64,000 bases of DNA. Source: Brevinematales bacterium (GTDB lineage Bacteria; Spirochaetota; Brevinematia; DTOW01). The notes beneath the pieces were generated by a model. That model did not search any database, was not told the origin of the DNA, and worked only from the letters and a program-made list of their open reading frames with translations. Every line of letters starts with the position of its first letter. The first letter of the stretch is position 1. Position numbers and translations under genes: made by a program. Location: positions 13,897 through 77,896 of the forward strand of contig JAOAHF010000004.1 in the NCBI GenBank assembly GCA_026415355.1, given 5' to 3'. Positions 10,057 through 21,960 of this stretch are shown here, one piece after another.

Positions 10057-10701
10057 ATGAAGATAAAGTTCTGTGGTTTCAGAAGGATAGAAGATGTAAA
10101 ATTTGCACTAAGTCTTGGAGTTGACCTAATAGGGTTTATATTCTTCAAAGGTAGCAAGAGGTTTATCAGCCCTGAAGAATTTGTGAATATTTCTAGAGAA
10201 GTAAAAGGTAACTTTGTTGGCGTTTTTGTTGATGAAGATATTGAAAAGGTATACAACACTTATAAGACTTACGATCTTTACGCAGTACAACTACACGGAA
10301 ATGAAGATGAAGATTATGTAAAAAAACTTTCAAGCCAAGATATTAAAATAATAAAAGCATTTAGGTTAAAAGACAAAGACTCTGTAGATATCATAAATAG
10401 CTATCCAAGTGAATACGTACTAGTTGACGCTTATGTTGAAGGGAATTATGGTGGAACAGGGAAACAGATTAACCTTGATCTACTAGATTATCTTTTCACA
10501 AAAATAAAAACAAAGAAAATATTTCTATCAGGTGGCATAAACAAAGATAACATAAGTAGAATTATCAAACTCTTTGGTAGATACCTCTACGGCATTGATC
10601 TATCAAGCGGAATAGAAGAATCTCCTGGCATTAAAAACCATAAACTCATGAGAGAAACCTACGATACATTCAAAAGTTGTCTAAACCAACTAAATATTTA
10701 A
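10057..10701 (+). CDS. trpF: Phosphoribosylanthranilate isomerase
   Basis: The sequence [29 protein letters not shown] is PRAI-typical. I placed the start at the internal ATG 10057. Confidence 0.85.
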   Translation: MKIKFCGFRRIEDVKFALSLGVDLIGFIFFKGSKRFISPEEFVNISREVKGNFVGVFVDEDIEKVYNTYKTYDLYAVQLHGNEDEDYVKKLSSQDIKIIKAFRLKDKDSVDIINSYPSEYVLVDAYVEGNYGGTGKQINLDLLDYLFTKIKTKKIFLSGGINKDNISRIIKLFGRYLYGIDLSSGIEESPGIKNHKLMRETYDTFKSCLNQLNI

Positions 10702-11378
10702 CACAGTCCTTCTAGAATGTATTTACCATCTATTGAACCTAGAATACTTTCAGAAGCTCTTTCTGGATGTGGCATCATACCAAGTACATTTTTAGTTTTG
10801 TTGAAAATACCTGCTATGTTATACACAGAGCCATTTGGATTTGTATTTTCATTAACAACACCAAACTTATCTGAATATTGAAATGCTATTTGTTCATTAT
10901 CCAGTACAGATTTTATGTCATCTTCTGTTAAGTAATAGTTTCCTTCACCGTGCGCTATAGGTATCGTTAGAATCTGATTGAGTTTGTACTTATGAGTAAA
11001 TATTGTCTGATTATTAAAAACCTTTATAGTTTGATACTTACAAATAAACCTTAATGTTTTGTTTCTCAAAAAAGCACCTGGTAACAATCCTGCCTCAACT
11101 AGTATTTGAAACCCATTACATATACCAAGAACTGGGTATCCTTTATCAGCCATTTTCTTAATCTCCGACATTACAGGAGAAAACCTAGCAAGTCCACCTG
11201 CTCGTAGATAATCTCCATATGAAAACCCTCCAGGTAAAACAATTGCCGTTAGATCAGATAAATCAGTCTCAGTATGCCACACATACCTAACATTTACTCC
11301 TATAACATTCTTGAGTACATTATAGGTATCAATGTCACAATTCACTCCTGGAAAAACTACAACTCCTACTTTCTTCAT
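10698..11378 (-). CDS. purQ: Phosphoribosylformylglycinamidine synthase I (glutaminase subunit)
   Basis: It has the class-I glutamine amidotransferase motifs [16 protein letters not shown] and GICNGFQIL, plus the HPE triad. Confidence 0.9.
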   Translation of the reverse strand: MKKVGVVVFPGVNCDIDTYNVLKNVIGVNVRYVWHTETDLSDLTAIVLPGGFSYGDYLRAGGLARFSPVMSEIKKMADKGYPVLGICNGFQILVEAGLLPGAFLRNKTLRFICKYQTIKVFNNQTIFTHKYKLNQILTIPIAHGEGNYYLTEDDIKSVLDNEQIAFQYSDKFGVVNENTNPNGSVYNIAGIFNKTKNVLGMMPHPERASESILGSIDGKYILEGLC

Positions 11379-11438
11379 AGCTCTAATAATGTTAAATAAT
11401 AAGAAACATATCTTTCAGTTTAAGTTAAATAAAATCTA

Positions 11439-11824
11439 GGTAGGGGTACCCCAGATTCTGTCGAGGTAGGTCATCTGTCTAAATACCCAGTTACCTGGGT
11501 ATTTTTGCCTTTCACCCGTGACATAAGTGTAGTGCAACCTATTGTCACTACTTAAAGTTGTATCTCTAGGGGCAACCAGACACTTGGTTTCACAACCAAG
11601 CCGGTAGGCTCTTACCCTACCCTTTCACCCTTACCAAACACTTACGTGTTTGGCGGTCTAGTTTCTGTGGTTAACCCCATTAGTTTTGAGATTAATAAGC
11701 TGTTAATTTTAAAAACAACTACAGCTTTAATCTCAAAACCATCTGGCTTTTCACCAGTAGAGGCACTACATCTATCTGGAAGTTCCTCTTCCTACTTTAG
11801 GAAGCGACCTACTTAACCCCTACC
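11439..11824 (-). ncRNA. rnpB: RNase P RNA, bacterial type A
   Basis: The reverse complement carries GGUAAGGGUGAAAGGGUAGGGUAAGAGCCUACC (compare E. coli M1 GGUAAGGGUGAAAGGGUGCGGUAAGAGCGCACC). It also has the ACAGAAA P4 element, P1 pairing of the 5' GGUAGGGG with the 3' CCCCUACC, and a 3' ACAGAAUCUGGGG. It is a GC-rich island in AT-rich DNA. Confidence 0.85.
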
Positions 11825-13515
11825 TAAGCCATAGCTTCTATCATTTCCATAAGTCCTCTTCCAGCAGGAACCATAGGTAAAACATTTTCTTCTTTTTCAA
11901 CCCAAACATCCAAAATGAAAGGCCCATTATGACTTAACATTTCGTTTATAGCAACCTTTAATTCACTAGGCTTTTCAACTCTTAGTGCTTTAATACCATA
12001 AGCATCAGCAAGTTTAACAAAATCAGGAATATACTTATTTTCAGAAACTCCCAAAAATACAGACGAATATCTTCTACCATAGAATAGCTCTTGCCACTGT
12101 CTAACCATACCCAAGTAGAAGTTATTGACTATAACTATCTTAACAGCAAGGTTATATTCAGACACAGAGGCAAGATCCTGAAGACTCATCTGAAACGCTC
12201 CATCACCAACAATTGCTATTACTTCTACATCAGGCTTAGCAACTTTTGCACCTATACCAGCCGGGAATGCATATCCCATAGCACCGAGACCACCAGAACA
12301 TAACCATGTTCTAGGATATTTAAACTTGCAATATTGAGCAGCCCACATAAGATGTTGCCCTACATCAGCCGTTATTATAGCTTTACCGTATGTTACATCA
12401 GATAAAACCTCCATTAAATACTGGGGTTTAATAACGGTATCACTGTATTTATATCTCAAAGGATGCTCTTTCTGCCACTCCCTTATTTGGTTTATCCATT
12501 CTTCGGTGTCAAGTCTGTCAACTAAAGGTATCAAATCCTTTAAAACTTCTCTTACATCGCCTACTATAGGTACATCAACAACAACATTCTTACTTATTGA
12601 AGAAGGATCTATATCTATGTGTATCTTAACAGCATTAGGAGCAAAAGTTTCAACTTTACCTGTAACTCTGTCATCAAACCTAGCACCTACAGCTATAAGA
12701 ACATCACAGTTACTAACAGCATAATTAGTGGCAACACTACCATGCATACCTAACATACCTAGGTTAAGAGGATGATTAGAATCAATAGCCCCCAATGCCA
12801 TTAGTGTAGTAGTAACAGGTGCATTTAGTTTTTCAGCTAACTCAACAAGTTCTTTAGAAGCATTTGATAATATGACTCCCCCACCACAATATATTATAGG
12901 TCTCTTTGCTTTTTTTATAACCTCAACAGCTTTCTTTATCTGTATTGGGTGCCCCTTGTATTGAGGCTTATAACTCTTTATATCTATTTGCTCTGGATAC
13001 TTAAAATCAGCTTCCATCACTTGAACATCTTTAGGCAAATCAACTACAACAGGGCCAGGTCTACCAGTACTAGCTATATGATAAGCTGCTTTTACCGTCC
13101 ATGCTAATTCTTCAACTCTTTTAACTATTCTATTCCACTTTGTAATAGGTCTAGTAATCCCAGTAGTATCAACTTCTTGAAATGCATCACTACCTATCAA
13201 AGATGTAGATACCTGTCCAGTAAAAACGACTATAGGTATCGAATCCATGTAAGCACTTGCTATACCAGTAACAGTATTAGTAGCACCAGGCCCACTTGTA
13301 ACAATCGCAGTACCAGGTCTACCACTAACTCTAGCATATCCATCCGCAGCAAAAGCAGCATTCTGCTCATGTCTAACAAGATAAACACTTATATCTTTCT
13401 CTCTATAAAGTTCGTCAAACGTTGGCAATATTGCTCCTCCTGGATATCCAAATACTTTTGTAGCTCCTTCTTTCTTTAGAGATTCCAAAAGAATCTTAGA
13501 ACCAGATAACTTCAT
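11824..13515 (-). CDS. ilvB: Acetolactate synthase large subunit (ThDP-dependent)
   Basis: The N-terminus [11 protein letters not shown], the ThDP motif GDGAFQM..NN and the 563-aa length fit ilvB. No ilvN small subunit is adjacent. Confidence 0.85.
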   Translation of the reverse strand: MKLSGSKILLESLKKEGATKVFGYPGGAILPTFDELYREKDISVYLVRHEQNAAFAADGYARVSGRPGTAIVTSGPGATNTVTGIASAYMDSIPIVVFTGQVSTSLIGSDAFQEVDTTGITRPITKWNRIVKRVEELAWTVKAAYHIASTGRPGPVVVDLPKDVQVMEADFKYPEQIDIKSYKPQYKGHPIQIKKAVEVIKKAKRPIIYCGGGVILSNASKELVELAEKLNAPVTTTLMALGAIDSNHPLNLGMLGMHGSVATNYAVSNCDVLIAVGARFDDRVTGKVETFAPNAVKIHIDIDPSSISKNVVVDVPIVGDVREVLKDLIPLVDRLDTEEWINQIREWQKEHPLRYKYSDTVIKPQYLMEVLSDVTYGKAIITADVGQHLMWAAQYCKFKYPRTWLCSGGLGAMGYAFPAGIGAKVAKPDVEVIAIVGDGAFQMSLQDLASVSEYNLAVKIVIVNNFYLGMVRQWQELFYGRRYSSVFLGVSENKYIPDFVKLADAYGIKALRVEKPSELKVAINEMLSHNGPFILDVWVEKEENVLPMVPAGRGLMEMIEAMA

Positions 13516-13695
13516 AAAATTCTCCTATTTACTAAAAAATATATAAACAACCACCAAAAAATCAACTTGTCAAACTAACAGTCAACAAATAAAAGTGCAA
13601 AATTTTACTAGATTTTTGATTGGAATTTTGATATTATAAAAATATAAAATAAGTAATGTATTATACAATACACTTAAATTAGGAGTATGAGTAAA

Positions 13696-14817
13696 ATGGC
13701 AAAAGATTATTACGAAATACTTGGTGTTCCTAGAAATGCATCAAAAGAAGAAATAAAAAGAGCATATCGCAAATTAGCATTAAAATATCACCCTGATAGG
13801 AACCCAGGTAATAAAGAAGCCGAAGAGAAATTCAAGGAGATAAACGAAGCATACGAAGTCTTAAGCGATGATGAAAAAAGGAAAATATATGATCTTTATG
13901 GAATAGAAGGACTTAGAGGATCAACAGGATATAGAAATACAGGATCAACTGATACAAGATATAGGTGGAGTGACTTTGGTGGTTTTGGTACAGGAGTAGG
14001 TTTCGAAGATATATTTGAGGATATATTTGATTCATTTTTTGGAACTACCACAAGAAGAACTTCTAGATCTTCATATTCTACAAAAGAAACAGCTCCTAAA
14101 AGAGGAGATGATATATACATTCAAATCGAAGTATCCTTGGAAGAAATATACTTTGGCGCTTCTAAATCCGTTGTAATAGACAAAAAAGAAACATGCTCTG
14201 CTTGCAATGGAATAGGAACTAAAAACGGTAGAAAGCCTGACACATGCCCAACCTGTAGAGGTGCAGGAACAGTAACTGTACGAGAAGGGTTCTTTTCATT
14301 AACAACTACCTGCCCTACCTGTAAAGGGACAGGATATATAATAAGAGAATATTGTAACATATGTAATGGAATCGGTACCGTTAACAAGAAAAAAACAATA
14401 GAATTCAAAATACCCAAAGGTATAGAAGATGGCATGATGATAAGAGTAAAAGGTGAAGGTAATGCTGGAAAAAACGGAGGAACTCCTGGAGATCTGTACA
14501 TAGTAGTAAAGCAAAAACCACACCATTTCTATACAAGAGAAGGAATAGATCTCAAGTGTGAAATATCAATACCTTTTACAAAAGCAATATTAGGCGGTGA
14601 AATAGAAATACCATCACTAGATGGTAAATCAATAAAGGTAAAAATACCCGAAGGTACCCAACCCAACGATGTACTAAGAGTTAGAGGATCTGGACTTGAA
14701 GACGATAAAGGTAGAAGAGGAGATATATACTGCAAGGTAAACATAAAATTACCTAGAGTACTCAACCTGAGACAAAAGTTTCTAGTAGAACAACTATCAA
14801 AAGAACTAGGAGATTAA
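13696..14817 (+). CDS. dnaJ: Molecular chaperone DnaJ
   Basis: It has a J domain ([14 protein letters not shown]) and four CxxCxGxG zinc-finger repeats. I chose the ATG at 13696 because it has better RBS spacing to AGGAG than the track start 13687. Confidence 0.9.
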   Translation: MAKDYYEILGVPRNASKEEIKRAYRKLALKYHPDRNPGNKEAEEKFKEINEAYEVLSDDEKRKIYDLYGIEGLRGSTGYRNTGSTDTRYRWSDFGGFGTGVGFEDIFEDIFDSFFGTTTRRTSRSSYSTKETAPKRGDDIYIQIEVSLEEIYFGASKSVVIDKKETCSACNGIGTKNGRKPDTCPTCRGAGTVTVREGFFSLTTTCPTCKGTGYIIREYCNICNGIGTVNKKKTIEFKIPKGIEDGMMIRVKGEGNAGKNGGTPGDLYIVVKQKPHHFYTREGIDLKCEISIPFTKAILGGEIEIPSLDGKSIKVKIPEGTQPNDVLRVRGSGLEDDKGRRGDIYCKVNIKLPRVLNLRQKFLVEQLSKELGD

Positions 14818-15515
14818 CCAAGATAAGCCTTCTTGACCTCATCCGAAGTCTTGAGATCTCCTTTATTACCAGAAAGTACAATCTTACCAGTCTCTAAAAC
14901 ATATCCTCTATCTGATATCTCAAGTGCTTTATTAGCGTTTTGCTCTATAAGTAAAATAGACATGCTTTTCTTAAGATCATATATAACTTTAAATATCAAA
15001 TCTATTACTTTCACTGCTAACCCCATAGAAGGTTCGTCTAACATCATAAGGCGAGGTTTTGACATCATTCCCCTACCTATTGCTAGCATTTGCTGTTCTC
15101 CACCACTCAGCGTACCAGCTTTCTGAAACCTTCTCTCATACAAAATAGGAAATATCGAAAATACATAATCCATCATATCTTTCTTAAACTTAATATCATT
15201 AACTACAAAAGCTCCCATTTCAAGATTTTCTAAAACTGTAAGTCTAGGAAAAACTTTTCTGCCTTCAGGAACCTGTATAAGTCCTAACCTAACTCTAATA
15301 TGCGCGTCTAAATTTGTAATATCCTCATCTCCAAAATTTATTCTACCTTTCCTAGCAGGGATCAAACCTGAAATTGTGTTCACAAGTGTTGTCTTACCAG
15401 CACCATTAGCCCCTAGAATGCAAACAATCTCATTAAACCCCACTTCCAATGAAACTCCTTTCAAAACTTCTATTTTACCATATCCAGAAACTAAATCATC
15501 TACCTTTAAAAGCAT
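14814..15515 (-). CDS. livF: Branched-chain amino-acid ABC transporter ATP-binding protein (LivF type)
   Basis: It has the Walker [10 protein letters not shown], the signature [13 protein letters not shown] and the Walker B MLDEPS. The internal Met at 15515 (MLLKVDDL) fits the family's N-terminus. Confidence 0.8.
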   Translation of the reverse strand: MLLKVDDLVSGYGKIEVLKGVSLEVGFNEIVCILGANGAGKTTLVNTISGLIPARKGRINFGDEDITNLDAHIRVRLGLIQVPEGRKVFPRLTVLENLEMGAFVVNDIKFKKDMMDYVFSIFPILYERRFQKAGTLSGGEQQMLAIGRGMMSKPRLMMLDEPSMGLAVKVIDLIFKVIYDLKKSMSILLIEQNANKALEISDRGYVLETGKIVLSGNKGDLKTSDEVKKAYLG

Positions 15516-15648
15516 GTAAAGATTATAAAAAAATAAAACTCTCTCTTTCTTAATAAAGTTAAAAACTAAAAATTCCAAACTCGTTACCAACAAGCAGAGT
15601 AGAAACTCAAACTACTTTTAAGTTAGAATTTCTAGGAAAGACGAGTAT

Positions 15649-16422
15649 ATGTGGGTAAAAGTTCTCAAGGAATTCTTCTGGCTATGGTGGGATAATTTTT
15701 CAAAAAACATACTTGTTAGCATATTAGGTTTTCTAGCAAATATACCTACGCTTTTTTTCACTATGGGCTTATTTTTATTCATGAGAGTACCATTCGAAAC
15801 CACACCTTCCCAAGGAGAAATAAATCTTTTCTGGATAGCAGTTGGAGTACTTTTCGGTAGCAGTATATTCTTCCCGGTCCAGATAGGATTATTAACTGTA
15901 GCAAAAAACTTCTCAACAGGTGAGCATAAAAAGTTCTTTGCAGAATTCTTTTCAGGAATGAAAGAAAGATTAGCTAAATCCATATTAGGAACTATAATAG
16001 GTGCTGTTTTTTACTTCTTTGGCATATTTGCAATTGTATTTTATACAAACTTCTTTGGAATAACCAACATAATAGGAATAATACTAACAGTAATAACTTT
16101 TTGGTATTTGGTCGTATTTACAATGTTTTTCGTTGTTTTATCTCTCTACATAACCTTCTTCCCAAAAGATAGTATAAAGACAGCAATCTCCAGATCATGG
16201 ATAATGATGATGGATAATGTATTTATAGTATTCCTAACCCTCCTAACTATCGTGCCAATCTTCATATTCTCATTCATAAGTGCCGTAGGAATGATACTAT
16301 TTTACCAAGGACTTATAAATTCACTACTCATCGCGATGTTTGTCGTAATACTAAAAAAGTACAAAATAATTGAAGATGTAGAAGATACAAGAACAATAAG
16401 AGATATTTTCAAACCATTTTAA
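15649..16422 (+). CDS. Polytopic integral membrane protein, uncharacterised
   Basis: I count 6-7 hydrophobic helices and recognise no family. Confidence 0.55.
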   Translation: MWVKVLKEFFWLWWDNFSKNILVSILGFLANIPTLFFTMGLFLFMRVPFETTPSQGEINLFWIAVGVLFGSSIFFPVQIGLLTVAKNFSTGEHKKFFAEFFSGMKERLAKSILGTIIGAVFYFFGIFAIVFYTNFFGITNIIGIILTVITFWYLVVFTMFFVVLSLYITFFPKDSIKTAISRSWIMMMDNVFIVFLTLLTIVPIFIFSFISAVGMILFYQGLINSLLIAMFVVILKKYKIIEDVEDTRTIRDIFKPF

Positions 16423-16425
16423 AAT

Positions 16426-16965
16426 ATGGACAGATTATTTATAGCTATTGACATACCAGATAACATAAAAAAACTATTTTCAGAGATAACTCAAAACCTC
16501 AATACACTAAAAGCCAAAACAGTTCCAATTGAAAATATACATTTAACAATCAAGTTCATAGGAGAAACAAACAAAACAAACGAAATCATAGAATGCCTAA
16601 AATTAGTAAAACAACCAAACTTCATAATTTTCATCAGTAGTGTCGGAATATTCGGAAATTTGTACAACCCTAGAGTCTTTTGGGTAGGAGTCGAAAGATC
16701 TGATGAACTAAAATCATTACATCAAAACATTGAAAATAAACTACTAGGATTAGGTATATCTAGAGATGATAGAGAATTTTCACCCCATATAACTCTAGCA
16801 AGATTTAAGATACAACCTGAAATAAAAAAGTTGGAGAAACTAATTGAAAAGTACAAAAATACAACTTTTGGATCTTTTACCGTAGAAAACTTTATACTCT
16901 ACAAAAGTGACTTATCAAATATCAATCCAATATACACAAAATTAGGTGTATTCAAGATAGGATAA
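16426..16965 (+). CDS. thpR: RNA 2',3'-cyclic phosphodiesterase (2H phosphoesterase, LigT/ThpR)
   Basis: It has two HxT/S motifs, HLTIKF and HITLARF. Confidence 0.8.
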   Translation: MDRLFIAIDIPDNIKKLFSEITQNLNTLKAKTVPIENIHLTIKFIGETNKTNEIIECLKLVKQPNFIIFISSVGIFGNLYNPRVFWVGVERSDELKSLHQNIENKLLGLGISRDDREFSPHITLARFKIQPEIKKLEKLIEKYKNTTFGSFTVENFILYKSDLSNINPIYTKLGVFKIG

Positions 16966-17017
16966 AATCTGGTATTTTTAGCAATTGGTAAGATTACTTA
17001 TTTAAAATAAGCTTTAT

Positions 17018-18301
17018 ATGGACGAAATCTTGATAAAGGGTGGAAGAGTTTTCTGCTTTAAAAACCAAATAAACGGTGAAGAACTGGATATTCTAATAAG
17101 AGAAAAGAAAATAGAAAAAATAGGTAAAAACTTACCTGGCAATAACGTAATAGATGCTAGAGGTATGCTTGTTTTTCCAGGCTTCATTGACTTACATGTT
17201 CATTTAAGAGAACCAGGGTACGAAAACAAGGAAACCATAACAACCGGTAGTATGGCTTCAGCAAAAGGTGGGATTACTACTATCGTTGCAATGGCAAACA
17301 CAAATCCTAAAATTGATACTCCAGAAGTTTATTTCGATGTTATAAATAGGATATCCAGAAAGGCTATAATAAATGTAATACAGTCTGCAAATGCAACCAA
17401 AGGAATGGAAGGCAAAGAAATAAGCGAGATGGGACTTCTCAAAAATCTTGGATGTTATATCTTCACCGACGATGGTAAACCAGTTAGTGACCCAAAAGTA
17501 ATGCATAGAGTTTTAACATATGCCAAAAACTTTGACGTACTTATATTCGAACATCCAGAAGAACCCTCGCTTTCAGAAAATGGAGTTATAAACCAAGGGA
17601 AAAAGTCTTTTGAATTAGGACTCCAAGGAATACCTAGGAGTAGTGAAAGTATAGCAGTAGCAAGAAATATACTTCTCGCTCAGGATACAGAAGCAAATAT
17701 CCACTTACAACACATATCAACCAAAGAATCAATAGAACTCGTAAGGTGGGCAAAGAAAAAAGGTATAAAAATAACATGCGAAGTCACACCACACCATTTA
17801 GTACTCACAGAGGATAACATACTATCCCACCTAGACACAAATAAAAAAATGAATCCCCCTCTGAGAACAGAAGAAGACAGACTAGCACTCATCGAAGCAC
17901 TAAAAGATGGAACAATTGACATAATAGCAACAGATCATGCACCACATACAAAGTTTGAAAAATCTCTAACTTTACAAGAAGCACCTTTCGGAACTATAGG
18001 ACTCGAAACCGCTTTACCAATACTTTACACATATCTCATAAAAGAAAACCATATATCACTGCTTGATCTAGTAAGATTATTCTCATATAACCCATCCAGG
18101 ATACTAAAACTCGAAAACAAAGGACATATATCCGTTGGAAGTGATGCTGACATAACAATATACAATCCAAATAATGAAACCATCATAACTGAAGAATTCT
18201 TTGTATCAAAAAGCAAAAATTCATGTTTTATAGGTATGAAGATAGCTGGAGAAGTAAAATATACTATATACAAAGGCAGAATAGTGTACCCATTTAGTTA
18301 A
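17018..18301 (+). CDS. pyrC: Dihydroorotase (cyclic amidohydrolase family)
   Basis: It has DLHVHLREPG, the carbamylated-lysine region and DHAPH. Confidence 0.8.
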   Translation: MDEILIKGGRVFCFKNQINGEELDILIREKKIEKIGKNLPGNNVIDARGMLVFPGFIDLHVHLREPGYENKETITTGSMASAKGGITTIVAMANTNPKIDTPEVYFDVINRISRKAIINVIQSANATKGMEGKEISEMGLLKNLGCYIFTDDGKPVSDPKVMHRVLTYAKNFDVLIFEHPEEPSLSENGVINQGKKSFELGLQGIPRSSESIAVARNILLAQDTEANIHLQHISTKESIELVRWAKKKGIKITCEVTPHHLVLTEDNILSHLDTNKKMNPPLRTEEDRLALIEALKDGTIDIIATDHAPHTKFEKSLTLQEAPFGTIGLETALPILYTYLIKENHISLLDLVRLFSYNPSRILKLENKGHISVGSDADITIYNPNNETIITEEFFVSKSKNSCFIGMKIAGEVKYTIYKGRIVYPFS

Positions 18302-18508
18302 CACAAATAGAAGAATATTGAAATTCCTCTATTTAATCTATCACAAAAAACCAAGAATACCTACGGTATCATAATGAATTATTCACAACGCTTACTAAAG
18401 TTAAACACCAAAGTAAAAAAATCCTATAAATGCATTAACAAACTATGCTCTAAAGAGAGAATCTATTCTAGTCTTATCTTAAATCTCAAGGTTTTATTTT
18501 TCTTAACT

Positions 18509-21277
18509 CTATAGACCGATTTTAACAGACACCGGACCAACAAGCTGTTTTTTCCTACTGAAACTTTCAAACAAGAAATAGACATCAACAACACTTTCGA
18601 CAGTAGCCCTACCTAGGTAAACTACTATTTCACCGTTATAATCAAGAAGAACCGGTTTCTGGTAATACTCAGTACCATTGTTTATTCTGTAGATTGCTTT
18701 CGTTTTGCCAAAATCTATAAATTCGAATACGTTTCCAACAATAACCTTCACAGATACGTAAGACGAAGTTGTTGGAGATTGTGGTCTTATTACAAAAGAG
18801 CTTACATCTAAAACTTTATCTTTTGCTTCAGAAGATATCTGATCAAATTCTACCAATGAAATTTTTTGAGCGTTTTGTTCCAGCGTCTCGGCGCTAGACA
18901 CAATCTCACCCCTTATTGCATCTAGAAGCGAAGTATATATATCTTTCAAAAAGTATCTCGACTTATCCAATTGAGACTTAACTATACTAACACCTAATTC
19001 AGATCCCATCCACAACCAACCCGAATCTCTTGCTATTATAAGATGTTTCCAAGCATTGTTATAAAGATAATTAGGATAAGAAATATCAACCCCTACTTCT
19101 TCAGCTTGTTTAAAATTATCCATTACCTTGATTATATCTTTGGATGTACTGTTACATAACTCCCATATATCTCTCTTTATCTTAGTATCAAACCACAACC
19201 TAAATGATGTTCTCTTCTCTTCAGGGTCGTAGTACCAACCTCCAATTATCTTTTCAGCAATCAAATCCTTTATAGGTGGTGTTTCTCTGAATACATCTTC
19301 TCCTTTAACAATTCTAACCCAAGGTATTTTTTCAAGTCTATCAAACAACTTGCTGAAGAAAATACCATCTCCTATAGATTCTCCATTATCAGCAACAGCT
19401 AAAACCATATTTCCATCCTTATTTTTTTCATTAAGTTGAATTAGGTATTGTATAAATTCATCTATGGATCTATCCGTTTTTTTGTACAGTATTCTTGAAG
19501 CTCTAGTGTCAACTATTATAGTGTTAATAGCAGACGCCTTAGAAGTAAGTCTGTAAGGTATATGATAATTAAGGCCCCATCCAGCAAACCCCGTATCAAC
19601 CGCAAGATCAGAGATAGGAACCCAAGTTCCACCTACTTGAATTATAGGTAAAATAACTTTTTCAGAAAAAGCCATCTCAGGAAGCCACACACCCTTTATA
19701 TTAACAGAACCAAGATAATTATCTTTAAAATCTCTATCAAGTAGAAGAGATCTATACATCTCAGCTTCATCCACAAAAGGCAAAAGCGAATAAGAAAAGG
19801 AAGTTATCATCAATTCTACATTATTCTTAGAGAATAGTTTTCTAAACTCCTCAAGTTGTTTAGGATAATAGTAAGCAAGTTGATAAAGTAAACTACCAGT
19901 TATACTTATACACACAGGAGTTTCTCTTTGTAAGTATAACTTCACAATAGACGAATAAACCGGCAAGAAACTCGATAAGTTTTGTTTAATTAGCTTAGGG
20001 TCGTTATAAAGAGGCTGGTGCAACGTCCATATAAACACTAATCTTAACTTCTTATCGAATTTTGGAATACTTATCTCACCTATCTTAATAGCTTTTTTCG
20101 TTGAAAACAATTTCTCACCAGTAGTACTAAAAACATCTGCTACTACATAGTAGTAGCCACCCTTAACATCTGGTAGTTGAACTGATAAAACCTTAGTTTC
20201 AACGACTCTAGGTGTAGCATTGAAAAGATTAGTACTTGTAAGTCTAGATATCTCTCTACCTACACTATCCTCCAGTCTAAATATAACGAGTACTCTACTT
20301 ACACTCTTAAAATTATCACTTTTATATGAAGCAACATACACTGGCAACTTTATATCAGAACCTGGATTAGCAGATTTAGGTAGATCATAACCAATAACAA
20401 CACCACTATCTCTATCCGCATAACTAACATTTTGCATGGTAGGAATAACAGCCCAATCTATATTATACGTTACCTTCTCTCCAGGTTTTAGAGAAACTTC
20501 TTTAAACAAAATATCAAATGTAGGTAATTTAACATCATGCCAACTCCAAAACTTGCTAACTCTACCTTTATCAACTACTATAAGTAGAGTATTTGAAGCC
20601 TTAGGAGACACAAAAGCAAAGTAATTACCTTCTGTCATTATATCTCCTCTACCACCAGAACCAGGTTCAAATCTAATATCACTAGCTTCACCTTGAATAT
20701 CCAGGTATATTGTCTTATCAGTATTATTTGGATCTCCAAGTATAGGTCTTGTTTGATGCCAATAAGTAAATTTCTTATCCTGCCCACTAACATTTTCTAC
20801 AGTTATAACACCTTTTATTACTGGATCTATATTATCAGAATACAAATACTTCGTAACCTTTAACCCTCTAGCCTTATCAGATTCTTGACCCACAGTATAC
20901 GATAATTTAACAAATGCTATTTTCTTATCACTAGAAACTCCCCAATCCTCAAGAACATATTTTCTTTCAGCAGTACCAGGCCAGATAAAGTCAAGTATAT
21001 CATAGAATGCTCCACCCATCTTCGAATCAGTCTCGTTATAAGTCTCAACGATCTCACTTCCAGTCCTTAAATCAACAACTGACATAACTCTACCACCCAT
21101 ACTAGGTGATACAACGTACTTTATATAAGGAGTAGTAATTACAATATTTCCATTCTGTTGCAAACTCGCCTCTAATCCCAACTGTTCTATCTTTCTAACA
21201 TTACCACCACATCCTACAACAATAAACAACCCAACAATTCCAAATATCACAGCTGATAATATAGCTCTATTAATCAT
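18509..21277 (-). CDS. Large lipoprotein with a C-terminal GH57-like glycoside hydrolase domain
   Basis: It has a lipobox (IVVGCGG) and GH57-like regions HQP (FIWTLHQP), WLPEMA, ADNGESIG and NNAWKH. It is 922 aa long. Confidence 0.6.
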   Translation of the reverse strand: MINRAILSAVIFGIVGLFIVVGCGGNVRKIEQLGLEASLQQNGNIVITTPYIKYVVSPSMGGRVMSVVDLRTGSEIVETYNETDSKMGGAFYDILDFIWPGTAERKYVLEDWGVSSDKKIAFVKLSYTVGQESDKARGLKVTKYLYSDNIDPVIKGVITVENVSGQDKKFTYWHQTRPILGDPNNTDKTIYLDIQGEASDIRFEPGSGGRGDIMTEGNYFAFVSPKASNTLLIVVDKGRVSKFWSWHDVKLPTFDILFKEVSLKPGEKVTYNIDWAVIPTMQNVSYADRDSGVVIGYDLPKSANPGSDIKLPVYVASYKSDNFKSVSRVLVIFRLEDSVGREISRLTSTNLFNATPRVVETKVLSVQLPDVKGGYYYVVADVFSTTGEKLFSTKKAIKIGEISIPKFDKKLRLVFIWTLHQPLYNDPKLIKQNLSSFLPVYSSIVKLYLQRETPVCISITGSLLYQLAYYYPKQLEEFRKLFSKNNVELMITSFSYSLLPFVDEAEMYRSLLLDRDFKDNYLGSVNIKGVWLPEMAFSEKVILPIIQVGGTWVPISDLAVDTGFAGWGLNYHIPYRLTSKASAINTIIVDTRASRILYKKTDRSIDEFIQYLIQLNEKNKDGNMVLAVADNGESIGDGIFFSKLFDRLEKIPWVRIVKGEDVFRETPPIKDLIAEKIIGGWYYDPEEKRTSFRLWFDTKIKRDIWELCNSTSKDIIKVMDNFKQAEEVGVDISYPNYLYNNAWKHLIIARDSGWLWMGSELGVSIVKSQLDKSRYFLKDIYTSLLDAIRGEIVSSAETLEQNAQKISLVEFDQISSEAKDKVLDVSSFVIRPQSPTTSSYVSVKVIVGNVFEFIDFGKTKAIYRINNGTEYYQKPVLLDYNGEIVVYLGRATVESVVDVYFLFESFSRKKQLVGPVSVKIGL

Positions 21278-21594
21278 AATCTCCTCCTATACCGCTTCTA
21301 ACTCCAAAGATAATTTTAAAAATAGAACAAATATCTTTCAATACAATTTTAAACTTAAGTTGTAGTCAAGAGTTTGGTATTTTTTGATTAAGAGTATTCT
21401 GAATAATTCGTGTTCATAACTTATCCAAGCAATTCTTCTTCCTTTAATCAAAAGGATCCTAATCTACTTACCATATCATTACAAAAATCCTCTAAGCAGA
21501 TAAAGCATGAAAAAAAGATACCGTTATAGTACTATGTGAACATTTAAGAATAACTCCTAAACTCAAAAATATCAAACACTAGAGATCAAAAGAT

Positions 21595-21960
21595 TTAACT
21601 CACATCAAAGTAAAAATGAAAATGCTTTTTACACCCATCGTTAAAACAAGCACAACAATTAGGGCATCTAAAATTAGAATTCATATACTCCCAAACACTC
21701 ATTTCAAAACCACATAATCCACACATAACTACTTTACTACCAAAATCCTTAACATTCCAAATAATGATATTATGATCTTCCATTTCATTATGACACTTGT
21801 AGCAGGAATAATATTTCCTACAGCATTTGAACTTTATTGCTACTATATCTCTATCAGAATGATAGTGAATACATCTAGAGTTATCATCAATATCAACACC
21901 AAAAATTTTAACACCATTTATCAAGATAAAAGTTTTACGATTAAAATATCCTCTTGTCAT
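21595..21960 (-). CDS. CHY-type zinc-finger protein
   Basis: Its Cys/His spacing (C..HYH..CC..C..C..H..C..C..C..C..C..H.H) matches the CHY zinc-finger domain. Confidence 0.65.
   Translation of the reverse strand: MTRGYFNRKTFILINGVKIFGVDIDDNSRCIHYHSDRDIVAIKFKCCRKYYSCYKCHNEMEDHNIIIWNVKDFGSKVVMCGLCGFEMSVWEYMNSNFRCPNCCACFNDGCKKHFHFYFDVS

Noticed and set aside
13516-13695. CIRCE (HrcA) operator upstream of dnaJ
   Set aside because: I found no TTAGCACTC-N9-GAGTGCTAA inverted repeat.
14121-14765. Several minus-strand ORFs of 75-126 aa
   Set aside because: They are antisense to the zinc-finger and C-terminal region of dnaJ and are compositional artefacts.
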